Below, piece after piece: positions 10,531 to 19,790 of a DNA stretch of 64,000 bases. The stretch's first letter is position 1. Every line of letters begins with the position of its first letter. Origin of the DNA: Paraburkholderia sp. (lineage in GTDB: Bacteria > Pseudomonadota > Gammaproteobacteria > Burkholderiales > Burkholderiaceae); assembly GCA_035948995.1 (NCBI GenBank), contig DASZIR010000069.1:997-64996 (forward strand), given 5' to 3'. The notes under the pieces were generated by a model that saw nothing but the letters and a program-made list of their open reading frames with translations, had not been told where the DNA came from and did no database searches. The position numbers and the translations under genes are program-made.

Positions 10531-11444
10531 CCATGGGCGAGCCTTCCGGACTCGGTCATGCTTACGGCACCGCGCGCCCCAAAACCGTCGTCGTCGAGCC
10601 GTTGCCCGCACCGGCGAAACTGTATGCACGCGCCTTGTCCGGCGTCATCAAGCGCGGGCGCGCTACCCACTTGCCCGCGCTGCGGCTCGTGCGCCCGGCC
10701 GCGCCGCTCGAACCCGCGGCAATCGAGCGCTATGCGCGCGTCTGCGGCTTCATTCCTGAGCACGGCGTACCGCTCACCTTTCCCCACCTGCTCGCCTTCC
10801 CGCTGCATCTTTTGATGCTGACCGATCCGGCGTTTCCGTGGCCCGCGCTTGGGCTCGTGCACCTGGCCAATCACGTGCGGCTGCGGCGCCCGCTCGGGTA
10901 CAACGAGGTCTTGCGCGTCGAGGTGGAATTCGGCGCGTTGCTGCGGCATGACAAAGGGCAGGCGTTCGTGCTCCATACACGTCTCTATCGCCGCGGCGAA
11001 GCCGTTTGGGATGGCGACAGCGTGTATCTGAAGCGCGGTGTCGCCGCGGTGGGCAATCCGCTCGCCGCGCTCGACGTCGAGCGCGACGCGTTGCAACGCG
11101 TGGCGCGCTGGCAGCTCCCGGCGCAACTCGGACGCGACTACGCGCACGCCTCGGGTGATTACAACCCGATCCATCTGACGACGCTGTCCGCCAAAGCATT
11201 CGGTTTCCCACGCGCGATCGCCCACGGCATGTGGACCCTCGCACGCGCCGCCGCCGCGCTGCAACCGCCCAAACCGCTGGCCGACGCCGTGATCAGCGCG
11301 GAATTCAAGCTGCCGATGCTGTTGCCCAGCGACGCGTCGTTGTGGACCGCGACGCCGTCGCCCACGCTGCGCGACCTGGAAGTGCGCGATGCCGCCGGCG
11401 ACAAGCCCCATTTGCGCGGCCGGTTTCAGTGGACACCGCTATGA
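10527..11444 (+). CDS. MaoC/hotdog (R)-hydratase/dehydratase (HtdX/PhaJ-like)
   Basis: YA.ASGDYNPIH...AKAFGFPRAIAHGMW hydratase-2 motif; ATGA overlap with fabG. Confidence 0.9.
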   Translation: MTMGEPSGLGHAYGTARPKTVVVEPLPAPAKLYARALSGVIKRGRATHLPALRLVRPAAPLEPAAIERYARVCGFIPEHGVPLTFPHLLAFPLHLLMLTDPAFPWPALGLVHLANHVRLRRPLGYNEVLRVEVEFGALLRHDKGQAFVLHTRLYRRGEAVWDGDSVYLKRGVAAVGNPLAALDVERDALQRVARWQLPAQLGRDYAHASGDYNPIHLTTLSAKAFGFPRAIAHGMWTLARAAAALQPPKPLADAVISAEFKLPMLLPSDASLWTATPSPTLRDLEVRDAAGDKPHLRGRFQWTPL

Positions 11445-11670
11445 GCGAGATCGCGTCCGGTATCGAGTCACTCATCGAGTCCGATATCGCATCCGTCGCG
11501 CACCGCCTGCCGCTGCAACCGGCACGCGCCGCACATGGCGCTGTCGTGGAATCAATACGGCTGCCAATCCGTTATATAGAAGGCGTCACGACACCCAGGC
11601 CGCCTTGAGCGAGCGTTGCGCGCGCCTCGCTCCCATCGACCCACTCACCACGCCCTAACAGGAGTCACGC

Positions 11671-12972
11671 ATGTCCAACCCGCTTCCCGCTGTGCGGCGC
11701 GTCGCCATCGTCGGCGGCAACCGGATTCCATTTGCGCGCTCGAATACCGCGTACGCGAGCGCATCGAACCAGGACATGCTGACCTTCACGCTGCAGGGCC
11801 TCGTCGACCGCTTCAACCTGCACGGCGAGCGGCTCGGGGAAGTCGCGGCAGGCGCGGTCATCAAGCATTCGCGTGACTTCAACCTGACGCGCGAGTCGGT
11901 CCTCTCTACCACGCTCGCCAGGGAAACGCCTGCCTACGATGTCCAGCAAGCCTGCGGGACCGGTCTCGAAGCCACCATTCTGGTCGCCAACAAGATCGCT
12001 CTCGGCCAGATCGAGGTGGGCATCGCAGGCGGCGTCGATACCACCTCGGATGCACCGATCGGCGTGAACGAACGGATGCGCAAGATCCTGCTGGAAGCGA
12101 ATCGCGGCAAAACCGCCGGCCAGCGCGTCGGGGCGCTGACCAAGCTGCGGCCGGGCATGTTCTTCAGGCCGCTCCTGCCGCGCAACGGCGAACCGCGCAC
12201 GGGTCTCTCGATGGGCGAACACTGCGAACTGATGGCCAAGCGCTGGGCGATCTCGCGCGAGGCCCAGGACGTGCTGGCCTACGAAAGCCACCGCAAGCTG
12301 GCCGACGCGTACACGCGCGGCTTCCTCAACGACCTGATGACGCCATATAAAGGGCTCGCGCGCGACAACAACCTGCGCGCCGACCTGACGCTGGAAAAAC
12401 TCGCCAGTCTCAAGCCGGTGTTCGACCGCGACGCCGGCACGCTCACAGCGGGCAATTCCACGCCGCTGACCGACGGCGCGTCCGCGGTCCTGCTCGCGAG
12501 CGAGACCTGGGCGGCCGCGCGCGGGCTGCCCGTGCTGGCTTGCCTGAGCTGGTCGGAGACCGCCGCCGTCGACTTCTTCGACAAGAAGCAGGGCCTGCTG
12601 ATGGCCCCAGCGTACGCGGTACCGCGGATGCTGGCGCGCGCCGGCCTGAGCTTGCAGGATTTCGACCTGTATGAAATTCACGAGGCATTCGCGGCCCAGG
12701 TGCTCTGCACGCTCACCGCGTGGCAGGATGACGAGTATTGCCGCACGCAGCTCGGTTTACCCGCCCCCCTTGGCGCAATCGATCGTGCGAAACTGAACGT
12801 CAACGGCAGCTCGCTCGCGACCGGCCATCCGTTTGCCGCCACCGGCGGTCGAATTGTTGCTGCACTGGCGAAAATGCTGGCGCAGCTCGACAAACCGGCC
12901 GGCACGGCGCGCGGCCTGATTTCGATCTGCGCGGCGGGCGGCCAGGGCGTCGTCGCGATTCTGGAGCGCTAG
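11671..12972 (+). CDS. Acetyl-CoA C-acyltransferase (thiolase, FadA2/FadI-like)
   Basis: QQACGTG, HEAFAAQ, GHPFAATG and SICAAGGQG motifs; AGGAG RBS. Confidence 0.95.
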   Translation: MSNPLPAVRRVAIVGGNRIPFARSNTAYASASNQDMLTFTLQGLVDRFNLHGERLGEVAAGAVIKHSRDFNLTRESVLSTTLARETPAYDVQQACGTGLEATILVANKIALGQIEVGIAGGVDTTSDAPIGVNERMRKILLEANRGKTAGQRVGALTKLRPGMFFRPLLPRNGEPRTGLSMGEHCELMAKRWAISREAQDVLAYESHRKLADAYTRGFLNDLMTPYKGLARDNNLRADLTLEKLASLKPVFDRDAGTLTAGNSTPLTDGASAVLLASETWAAARGLPVLACLSWSETAAVDFFDKKQGLLMAPAYAVPRMLARAGLSLQDFDLYEIHEAFAAQVLCTLTAWQDDEYCRTQLGLPAPLGAIDRAKLNVNGSSLATGHPFAATGGRIVAALAKMLAQLDKPAGTARGLISICAAGGQGVVAILER

Positions 12973-13065
12973 CACCGCCGGCACGTTGCGCCACCCTAAT
13001 ACGAGCACCGGCACAAACACGAACACATACCAACATGCGAAGCTTTCAGCTTCAGGAGACATGCG

Positions 13066-14835
13066 ATGAACCAGCCTACCCAGGCGCCACCCGCCTCATC
13101 CGCCGATGTCAAGCCGTCGCGGCGAGCGCCGAACACCGACGGCATCTGGTACGCGTCCTATCCGCCCGAGGTGCCGCACGAGATCGATGTCAGGCAGTAT
13201 GAATCGGTCGTGCAGTTCTTCGACGAGTGCACGGAGAAGTTTCGCGGGCGCGTCGCCTATGTCAGCGTCGGCGCCAACCTCACCTATGGCGAACTGGCGC
13301 GCAAAGCCACCGCGTTTGCGGCCTACCTGCAAAGCATTGGCGTGAAGCCGGGCGAGCGCGTCGCGATCATGCTGCCCAACACGTTCCAGTATCCGGTGTC
13401 GCTATTCGGCGTGCTCAAGGCCGGCGCCGTAGTGGTCAACGTGAATCCGCTCTACACGGTGCGCGAACTCGCGCATCAGTTGAAGGACAGCGGTGCGCAA
13501 ACCATCATCGTGTTCGAGAACTTCGCGAAGACGGTCGAGGACGCGTTGCCGGGCACGCGCGTGGAGAACGTGATCGTCACCGGACTCGGCGACCTGCTCG
13601 CCGATGGGCTGAACCTGAAGGGACGGCTGCTGAATTTCATGCTGCGGCACGTGAAGAAAATGGTGCCGAAATATCACCTGCCGCAAGCCGTGCGCCTGCT
13701 CGACGCGCTCGCGACCGGCTACATGCGGCCGCTCACGCCGGTGCGCCCCAATCGCGCCGATCTGGCGTTCCTGCAATACACCGGCGGCACGACCGGCATC
13801 GCCAAAGGCGCGATGCTCACGCACCAGAACATCATCGCCAACCTGCTGCAGGCGAAAGTCTGGTCGGCAGGCCAGTTGACCGGCGACATCGAAACGGTGC
13901 TCACGCCCCTGCCGCTTTATCACATCTATTCGCTGACCGTGAACGCGCTGATCTTCATGGGACTGGGCGGGCGCAACATCCTGATCGCAAACCCGCGCGA
14001 CATGAAGCGCGTGATGATGATCATCCGTCACGAGAAGTTCACCGGCATTACGGCGATCAACACGCTGTACAACGCGTTCCTCGAAAACGAAGAGTTCCGG
14101 CGGCGCGACTTCTCGAACCTGAAACTCGCGATGGCGGGCGGCATGGCCACACAGAAAGCCGTCGCCGATCGCTTCAAGGCCGTGACGGGTCAGCCGATTA
14201 TCGAAGGCTACGGGCTTACCGAGTGCTCGCCGATCGTCTCGATGAATCCCGTGGATCTGAAGAACATGCGCGATTTCGAAGGCTCGATCGGCCTGCCCGC
14301 GCCCTCCACCCAGGTGCGCTTCAAGAAAGACGACGGCAGTTGGGCCAATATCGGCGAAGCGGGCGAAGTGTGCGTGAAAGGTCCGCAGGTCATGAAGGGC
14401 TACTGGAACCGACCCGACGAGACCGCCAAGGTCTTCGACGACGACGGCTGGCTTGCCACCGGCGATATCGGCGTGATGGATTCGCGCGGCTTCATGCGGC
14501 TGATCGACCGCAAGAAGGACATGATCCTGGTGTCAGGTTTCAACGTTTATCCGAACGAGATCGAGGACGTGATCGCGATGCACCCCGATGTGCGCGAAGT
14601 GGCGGCCATCGGCATTCCGGATGCCGTGCAGGGCGAGCGCGTCAAGGTCTTCATCGTGTCCCGCAACCCGGCGCTCACCGCGGAACAGGTCATCGAGCAC
14701 TGTCGCAAGAATCTGACCGGCTACAAGATTCCGAAAGCCGTCGAGTTCCGCACCGAGTTACCGCAAACGAATGTCGGCAAGATCCTGCGGCGTGCGCTAC
14801 GCGATGAGGAACTCGCCAGGCAATCCCGTGCCTGA
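13066..14835 (+). CDS. fadD: Long-chain-fatty-acid--CoA ligase
   Basis: LQYTGGTTGIAKG, EGYGLTE, TGD, DRKKDMILVSGFNVYPNEIE and GKILRR. Confidence 0.95.
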   Translation: MNQPTQAPPASSADVKPSRRAPNTDGIWYASYPPEVPHEIDVRQYESVVQFFDECTEKFRGRVAYVSVGANLTYGELARKATAFAAYLQSIGVKPGERVAIMLPNTFQYPVSLFGVLKAGAVVVNVNPLYTVRELAHQLKDSGAQTIIVFENFAKTVEDALPGTRVENVIVTGLGDLLADGLNLKGRLLNFMLRHVKKMVPKYHLPQAVRLLDALATGYMRPLTPVRPNRADLAFLQYTGGTTGIAKGAMLTHQNIIANLLQAKVWSAGQLTGDIETVLTPLPLYHIYSLTVNALIFMGLGGRNILIANPRDMKRVMMIIRHEKFTGITAINTLYNAFLENEEFRRRDFSNLKLAMAGGMATQKAVADRFKAVTGQPIIEGYGLTECSPIVSMNPVDLKNMRDFEGSIGLPAPSTQVRFKKDDGSWANIGEAGEVCVKGPQVMKGYWNRPDETAKVFDDDGWLATGDIGVMDSRGFMRLIDRKKDMILVSGFNVYPNEIEDVIAMHPDVREVAAIGIPDAVQGERVKVFIVSRNPALTAEQVIEHCRKNLTGYKIPKAVEFRTELPQTNVGKILRRALRDEELARQSRA

Positions 14836-14902
14836 GAGGAGACGCGCTTCGCGCGGCATGGCCGCGCCCGATTCCGCGGACTCTGGATCCGGAGAAAGAT
14901 GA

Positions 14903-15859
14903 ATGAAGCACCGTTTGCTCACGCGTTCGCACCCTGCGCCCGTCTTCGGGCGCATCGCCTGGCTAAGACCGCTGTTGGCGGGCACGGTCCTCGCTGGCGC
15001 GGCGGCCGTGGCGTTCGCGCAATCCGACGATCCGCCCGCCGCTGCCGCCGAGCCGGCCAGCGCGGTGCAGGCGCCCTCGGTGCCGGCGTCGCAAGCGGGC
15101 AAGCTGACGCTCGACCAGCAAGTGCACTGGCTACGCCAGGCGCAGCAAAGCGGCGCACTGGAGAAACTCGACGACCAGCAACTGGTCGCGCTGTTCCAGT
15201 CGCTCGATCCGCTCACGCTGCCGCGCTACATCAAGGAAGGGCCAAACGGTTACCCGTCGTATGAATTCACCATGTTGCGCTGGGAGCGCATCAGGGGTCA
15301 GTGGCCGGGCAAGCCCGATCACATGCTCGTGCGCATCGCGCACGACCCGCTGCGCATCTACGCAAAATGGCTGCCAGACGGCGCGCATGCGGGCCAGGAA
15401 GTCATTTACGACGAATCCAAACGGCCCGACGAGATGTACGGGCACCTCGGTGGCCTGCTGGGCGTGATGCCGATCTGGACCTCGACCACAGGCGCGCTGG
15501 CTCGCGCTCAATCGAATCATCAGGTGCGTGATCTCGGCACCGGGTACATCGCGAACCAGTATCTTGCCGAAGGTAAGAAATACGTCGAGGCCGGTGTGCC
15601 CCGCTCGATGCAGATCGCCGTGCAGACCGTCAATGGCGTGCGGGTGGTCACCTTCACCTACGAAACGCCGATCGGCCAGCCGCAGTTCTACGCGAAGAAG
15701 GAAACACTGGGGCTCGATCTGCGGCACCCGTATTTCCGCACCGTCGAGTCTTACGATAACGACGGCAAGATCTTCGAAAAGATCGTCTTCGAAACCATCA
15801 CGCCGAAGACTTTCGACGACGCGACGTTTGATCCAAAGAATCCGGCGTATAGGTTCTGA
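14903..15859 (+). CDS. Exported DUF1571-type protein
   Basis: Signal peptide (LLAGTVLAGAAAVAFA), ERIRGQW...P.RIYAKW and a FDPKNPAYRF C-terminus typical of DUF1571. Confidence 0.75.
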   Translation: MKHRLLTRSHPAPVFGRIAWLRPLLAGTVLAGAAAVAFAQSDDPPAAAAEPASAVQAPSVPASQAGKLTLDQQVHWLRQAQQSGALEKLDDQQLVALFQSLDPLTLPRYIKEGPNGYPSYEFTMLRWERIRGQWPGKPDHMLVRIAHDPLRIYAKWLPDGAHAGQEVIYDESKRPDEMYGHLGGLLGVMPIWTSTTGALARAQSNHQVRDLGTGYIANQYLAEGKKYVEAGVPRSMQIAVQTVNGVRVVTFTYETPIGQPQFYAKKETLGLDLRHPYFRTVESYDNDGKIFEKIVFETITPKTFDDATFDPKNPAYRF

Positions 15860-15962
15860 AAGAGATTCGGGCGGAAGGTGCAGGCCGAGTTCGCGCGCGT
15901 GACTGAATGTGGGTGAGCGGTGTTTTTGTGTGTGGTGGGCGCTCGCCTTGAACCACGCGCGC

Positions 15963-16355
15963 CTAGCGTGCCGCGGCAGGTCCGATCAGAAAGGCAACCG
16001 GTGCGCCCGGTCCCGTGCCCTGCTCACGCCTATGCTGAACCATCCGCCCCGAGCCGAGCGCGAGTTGTCCGAGCACAAAGGCATCGGAGGCGCGTGTGAA
16101 GCCGATCAGCACGCCAGGCGCAGCGGCAAGACGCGGCCCGAGCGTCGCGTACCAGAGCATGCCGGCGTCTGCGCCGACTTCGAAGGCCGGCAGATTCAGC
16201 CGGGCCACATAGTCCGCAAACGCCCGGCCCCCTGCAAGGCTCGAATCGACCACGGCGATCGTGTTGGGCGCGCGAGCGGCGTGCGCCATCCACGGCAACG
16301 CGCAACCTGCCGCCGAAAGCCAAGCGCCGGTCATCACGAAAGTACGCCTGTCCAT
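15963..16355 (-). CDS. Small hypothetical protein with twin-arginine (Tat) signal
   Basis: MDRRTFVMTGAWLSAAGCALPWMAHA; GGAG upstream; follows the flavoprotein gene. Confidence 0.7.
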   Translation of the reverse strand: MDRRTFVMTGAWLSAAGCALPWMAHAARAPNTIAVVDSSLAGGRAFADYVARLNLPAFEVGADAGMLWYATLGPRLAAAPGVLIGFTRASDAFVLGQLALGSGRMVQHRREQGTGPGAPVAFLIGPAAAR

Positions 16356-16445
16356 TGCCCGAAGTCTTCTCCATTATCAGCGTGACATGCCGTCACGCCG
16401 TCGCCGCCGACCGTTGCGCCAAATCGCGCCGAGTCGCACCACTCG

Positions 16446-18026
16446 CTACGTATAACCCCGCCGGTCGCGCCATGCCGCCGGCCAGACACCCTGCTTGCCT
16501 GGCGAAAGAATGCCGGCCGGATCGAGTGCGTCCTTGATCGTCTCCGACAGGCGCAGCAACGCGCCATCGTTGAAGCTGTACTGCGCCGCCGCGAAGTCCA
16601 TATACGCGAGATGCGCACGGTATTCGCCGTAGCCGGCCGCGCGCGCGTCGCTCATCAGCACGCGCAGCAGATCGCCCGCGAGATCGGTCTGGTGTGCGTC
16701 GTTGCGATCGAAGATCGCCGCGAAAATGTGATTCAGATGCCGCGTGCCCGCCGTGAAGCCACCGTAGTAATCGAACCCGTATTCCGCCGCGCGTGCCTTC
16801 ACCATCGTGTACTGGCGCATCGCATCGCGCCCTGTCGCCGGACAGACCGGCGAGAAATCGACATGCGCGCCCGCGCCACCGCGCCAGTCGAGCATCCGGA
16901 AGGCGCTCATGGCCGGAATGCCGGCGAGATTGCGGTCGCCGCCGCCAACCGGTTGCGCGTCGCCGCTGTAGCGGGTCGCCGTGAGCGTGGCTTGCGGCAC
17001 GCGCACAAAGGCCCGCTGCACGATCGCATAACGCGCGTCGATCAGCTCAGGCGTGCCGTATAGCGCAAAGTGCAGATTCCACCGGCCAATGTGCAGTTGC
17101 TCGAGCATCGCGGCAATCGCGCTCTCCGGCATCGGACCGGTGCCCTCATACCATTGCGCCCGCGGCGTGAGGCCGGCCGCACGCCGTAACCCGCCTTCGA
17201 TCACCGCGTTGTTGCGAATCGTCTCGTCAAGACGCAGCGGCCGCAGGATTTCCACGATTTCTTCGAGATCGTGCTCGTGGCGAAACTGGATCTCGCCAAG
17301 CAGATAGGCCGGTGGCGCAGGCATCAACCAGACCCCCATCTTCGTGACGATGCCGTAGTTCGACTGCATGAACATCGCGTCGAACGACGGGCCGTAACCC
17401 GCCCGGTAAGTCTGCCACGACGTGCCGATTTCGATCGCCCCCATACCCGTGCGCACCAGGTCGCCGTTGGCGAGCACCACTTCCATGCCGCACTGCTGGG
17501 CGGCATGGTCGCCGTAGGGCGTGTAGCCGAAACCGCGCTCCAGCGTGTTGCCGATCACGCTGCCCCACCCGGCCGCCGGCGGATCGACCCACAGCCGATG
17601 CCCATTGCTGCGCAGATACGCATACAGGTCGAAGTAGCTGACGCCGGGTTCGACGAGGGCGTAGGCGAGCGTTTCGTTCACCTCAATAATACGGTTCATG
17701 CGCTGCAGGTCGAGCACCACCGAACCCGGCAGACGCGGTGCGGCGCCGCCATAGGCGAAGTTGCGGCCGGTGGAGACGGTCCACAGTGGAATGCGGTACT
17801 GATTGGCGACGCGCAGGATAGCGCGGATTTCGTCGACCGACGCCGGGCGCAGCGCCGCCGAGGCCGCGAACGCCGCGGCCTGACCGGGCGCGAACGGATC
17901 GCGGTAGGCCGCCAGTTCCTCCGCCGAAGACGACACCATGTTCGGCGCACCGACAATGGCCGCCCATGCGGCGAGCGCACGCTCGAACTGCGCTTGCGAA
18001 ACGTTCGGCGGCAAGATGCGTGTCAA
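16446..18026 (-). CDS. FAD-binding oxidoreductase, vanillyl-alcohol oxidase / p-cresol methylhydroxylase flavoprotein family
   Basis: LW.VSTGRNFAYGG, VEPGVSYFDLY, GNTLERGFGYTPYG, CGMEVVLANG, QSNYGIVTKMG, YGEYRAH and IKDALDP.GILSPGKQG; TTG start after AAGGAG. Confidence 0.9.
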   Translation of the reverse strand: MTRILPPNVSQAQFERALAAWAAIVGAPNMVSSSAEELAAYRDPFAPGQAAAFAASAALRPASVDEIRAILRVANQYRIPLWTVSTGRNFAYGGAAPRLPGSVVLDLQRMNRIIEVNETLAYALVEPGVSYFDLYAYLRSNGHRLWVDPPAAGWGSVIGNTLERGFGYTPYGDHAAQQCGMEVVLANGDLVRTGMGAIEIGTSWQTYRAGYGPSFDAMFMQSNYGIVTKMGVWLMPAPPAYLLGEIQFRHEHDLEEIVEILRPLRLDETIRNNAVIEGGLRRAAGLTPRAQWYEGTGPMPESAIAAMLEQLHIGRWNLHFALYGTPELIDARYAIVQRAFVRVPQATLTATRYSGDAQPVGGGDRNLAGIPAMSAFRMLDWRGGAGAHVDFSPVCPATGRDAMRQYTMVKARAAEYGFDYYGGFTAGTRHLNHIFAAIFDRNDAHQTDLAGDLLRVLMSDARAAGYGEYRAHLAYMDFAAAQYSFNDGALLRLSETIKDALDPAGILSPGKQGVWPAAWRDRRGYT

Positions 18027-18188
18027 GGCGTCTCCTTGGCTGCGACAGACAGCCCGCGCGGTACGGCATGTCGAACGATGGTCCAACAGCTGCCGGCAGG
18101 CGGCTTCCGGCTGCGCCGCGTGGGACGTCGCCTGCCCAGTACACAGCTCACAACGCGCGGGCGCTACCGCGACGACACGCAGGCCACG

Positions 18189-18683
18189 CTAGCGGTGCAT
18201 CCCGCCCCCTGCGCCGTGCATGCCACCCATGCCGTGCCACTCGCCCGTACCGTGCCAGCCGCCCGTACCGTGCCAGCCGCCGGACCGCGTCCCCATGCCA
18301 TTCGATGCGTGGTCGAAATGGACGTGATCCATGTGATGGTGGTGATGAAACCGGTCGATGAAGACAAACGACCCGCCCACCACCGTCACAAATCCGCCCC
18401 AATACCATGGATCGTAGTACGGATAGGCCGGCGCCGGATACAACGCCACGGCATTCTCGTCGCCTTGCACGAACTGCCATGTGCCGTCCGGTTGCTGGCA
18501 TGCCAGTCCGGTGATCTGCTGCATGGTGCCGTCAATCTCGGTCTGCGCCGCGATGGTCCGGCACGGCGGTGCGGCATAAGACGCCTCACCCGGGGCCCCA
18601 TCCGGCATGGTCTGCGCCGCCACCGGCGCCGCGCACGCCAGGCACAGGCATAACGCTGTGCAGCGTCCCTCGATATTACCCAT
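18189..18683 (-). CDS. Secreted protein: surface-antigen-like Cys-pair domain plus His-rich and GGWHG repeats
   Basis: Signal-like N-terminus, CRT...DG....GLACQQPDGTWQ, YYDPWYWG, HHHHHMDHVHFDH and GGWHGTGGWHGTGEWHGMGGMHG. Confidence 0.75.
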   Translation of the reverse strand: MGNIEGRCTALCLCLACAAPVAAQTMPDGAPGEASYAAPPCRTIAAQTEIDGTMQQITGLACQQPDGTWQFVQGDENAVALYPAPAYPYYDPWYWGGFVTVVGGSFVFIDRFHHHHHMDHVHFDHASNGMGTRSGGWHGTGGWHGTGEWHGMGGMHGAGGGMHR

Positions 18684-18823
18684 GATCTCGCCCTGCCTCG
18701 ACGGTCCGGCGTTGCGATCCGCCCTGGCGGTCGGCACCGTGAAGACCCCGTCGCTTTGCCTCGCATTTGTCTGCCCTGCGGCCTGCGCGCCAACGCGGCA
18801 GCAGCACGGACTTGCAACGAGTA

Positions 18824-18849
18824 AACGAGTGGCCGCACAGCGCTATTCC
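18824..18849 (-). promoter_or_regulatory. ECF-type promoter GGAATA-N16-CGTT
   Basis: Minus strand GGAATA gcgctgtgcggccact CGTT; same architecture as the 20680-20705 site. Confidence 0.65.
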
Positions 18850-18992
18850 GCCAGGGCGGCGGCAAGACGGCGCGTCTGTGTTACACGATGTTTCCGCGCG
18901 CACAGAGGGACATAACGGTGCTCGCAACAGGACACGCGAGGCAAATGCAAGGAACGCTAACGAAGCGCAATCAGGCGGCTCGGCCTATTGGC

Positions 18993-19790
18993 CTATTGCC
19001 ACGACTCCGGCTTGCCGCCGAGCGCATTGCACACCTCGATGGCGATCGAGCGCAGCTTGCCCTCCGAAATCGGCCCCGACAACGCGTAGCCCATACGGTC
19101 GCTCACCCAGTAGAAAGTGCGGCGGTTGCCGTCGCGAAACAGGCGGAATGCGGTTTCGTCGCGGGGAATACCGGTCACATAGAGCGTGAGCCGCGCGCCG
19201 GCCGTGTTCTCATACATGAACTGCGCCGCGGGCCCCGCCTCGCCCGGCAGCAGACGCCCGCCCACCAGCGAATAGCCGTACTCCTGCAGCGACGGCACCG
19301 AGAGCGGCCGGTTCAGCCGCTTCGACAGCCAGTTGATCAGATGTTCTTCCTGGGTTGCCGCGACCTCCACCGGGTGACGCTGCTCGGGCGTATATACCGC
19401 GTAGGCGATGTCGGCGCTCTTGGCGAAGTTCATCGGGTCGTTGCCGCTCAGGCCACCCGGCAGACGCGATGCGACCGGCCCCAGCGCGAGCGCGAGACCC
19501 GCGCCCACCGCGAGCCAGCACGCAGCGAGGCCCGCCCGCCGCCACCACGGCACCGGCGGGCGCAAGACGATGAACGACGGTTCATTGTGCTGCGGCGCGC
19601 CGCACAGGGCCTGCAAGGCCGCCTTCTGGCTGCGCCAGGCCGCGACCTGGGCGGCCGCCTGCGGATCTTGCGCGAGATGCTCAAGCACGGCCTCGCGCGC
19701 GCCGTCCGGCAACTCGTTATCGACGAACGCGGACAGCGCGCGCGGGTCGGGCGGAGTGGGGACAGCGGGATCGTGGTCGTCGTTGCTCAT
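18993..19790 (-). CDS. Transmembrane anti-sigma factor
   Basis: LSAFVDNEL...V..HL N-terminus, one TM, HPVEVAA..EEHL.NWLSKRL, LVGGRLLP and AQFMYE; coupled to the sigma gene. Confidence 0.9.
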   Translation of the reverse strand: MSNDDHDPAVPTPPDPRALSAFVDNELPDGAREAVLEHLAQDPQAAAQVAAWRSQKAALQALCGAPQHNEPSFIVLRPPVPWWRRAGLAACWLAVGAGLALALGPVASRLPGGLSGNDPMNFAKSADIAYAVYTPEQRHPVEVAATQEEHLINWLSKRLNRPLSVPSLQEYGYSLVGGRLLPGEAGPAAQFMYENTAGARLTLYVTGIPRDETAFRLFRDGNRRTFYWVSDRMGYALSGPISEGKLRSIAIEVCNALGGKPESWQ

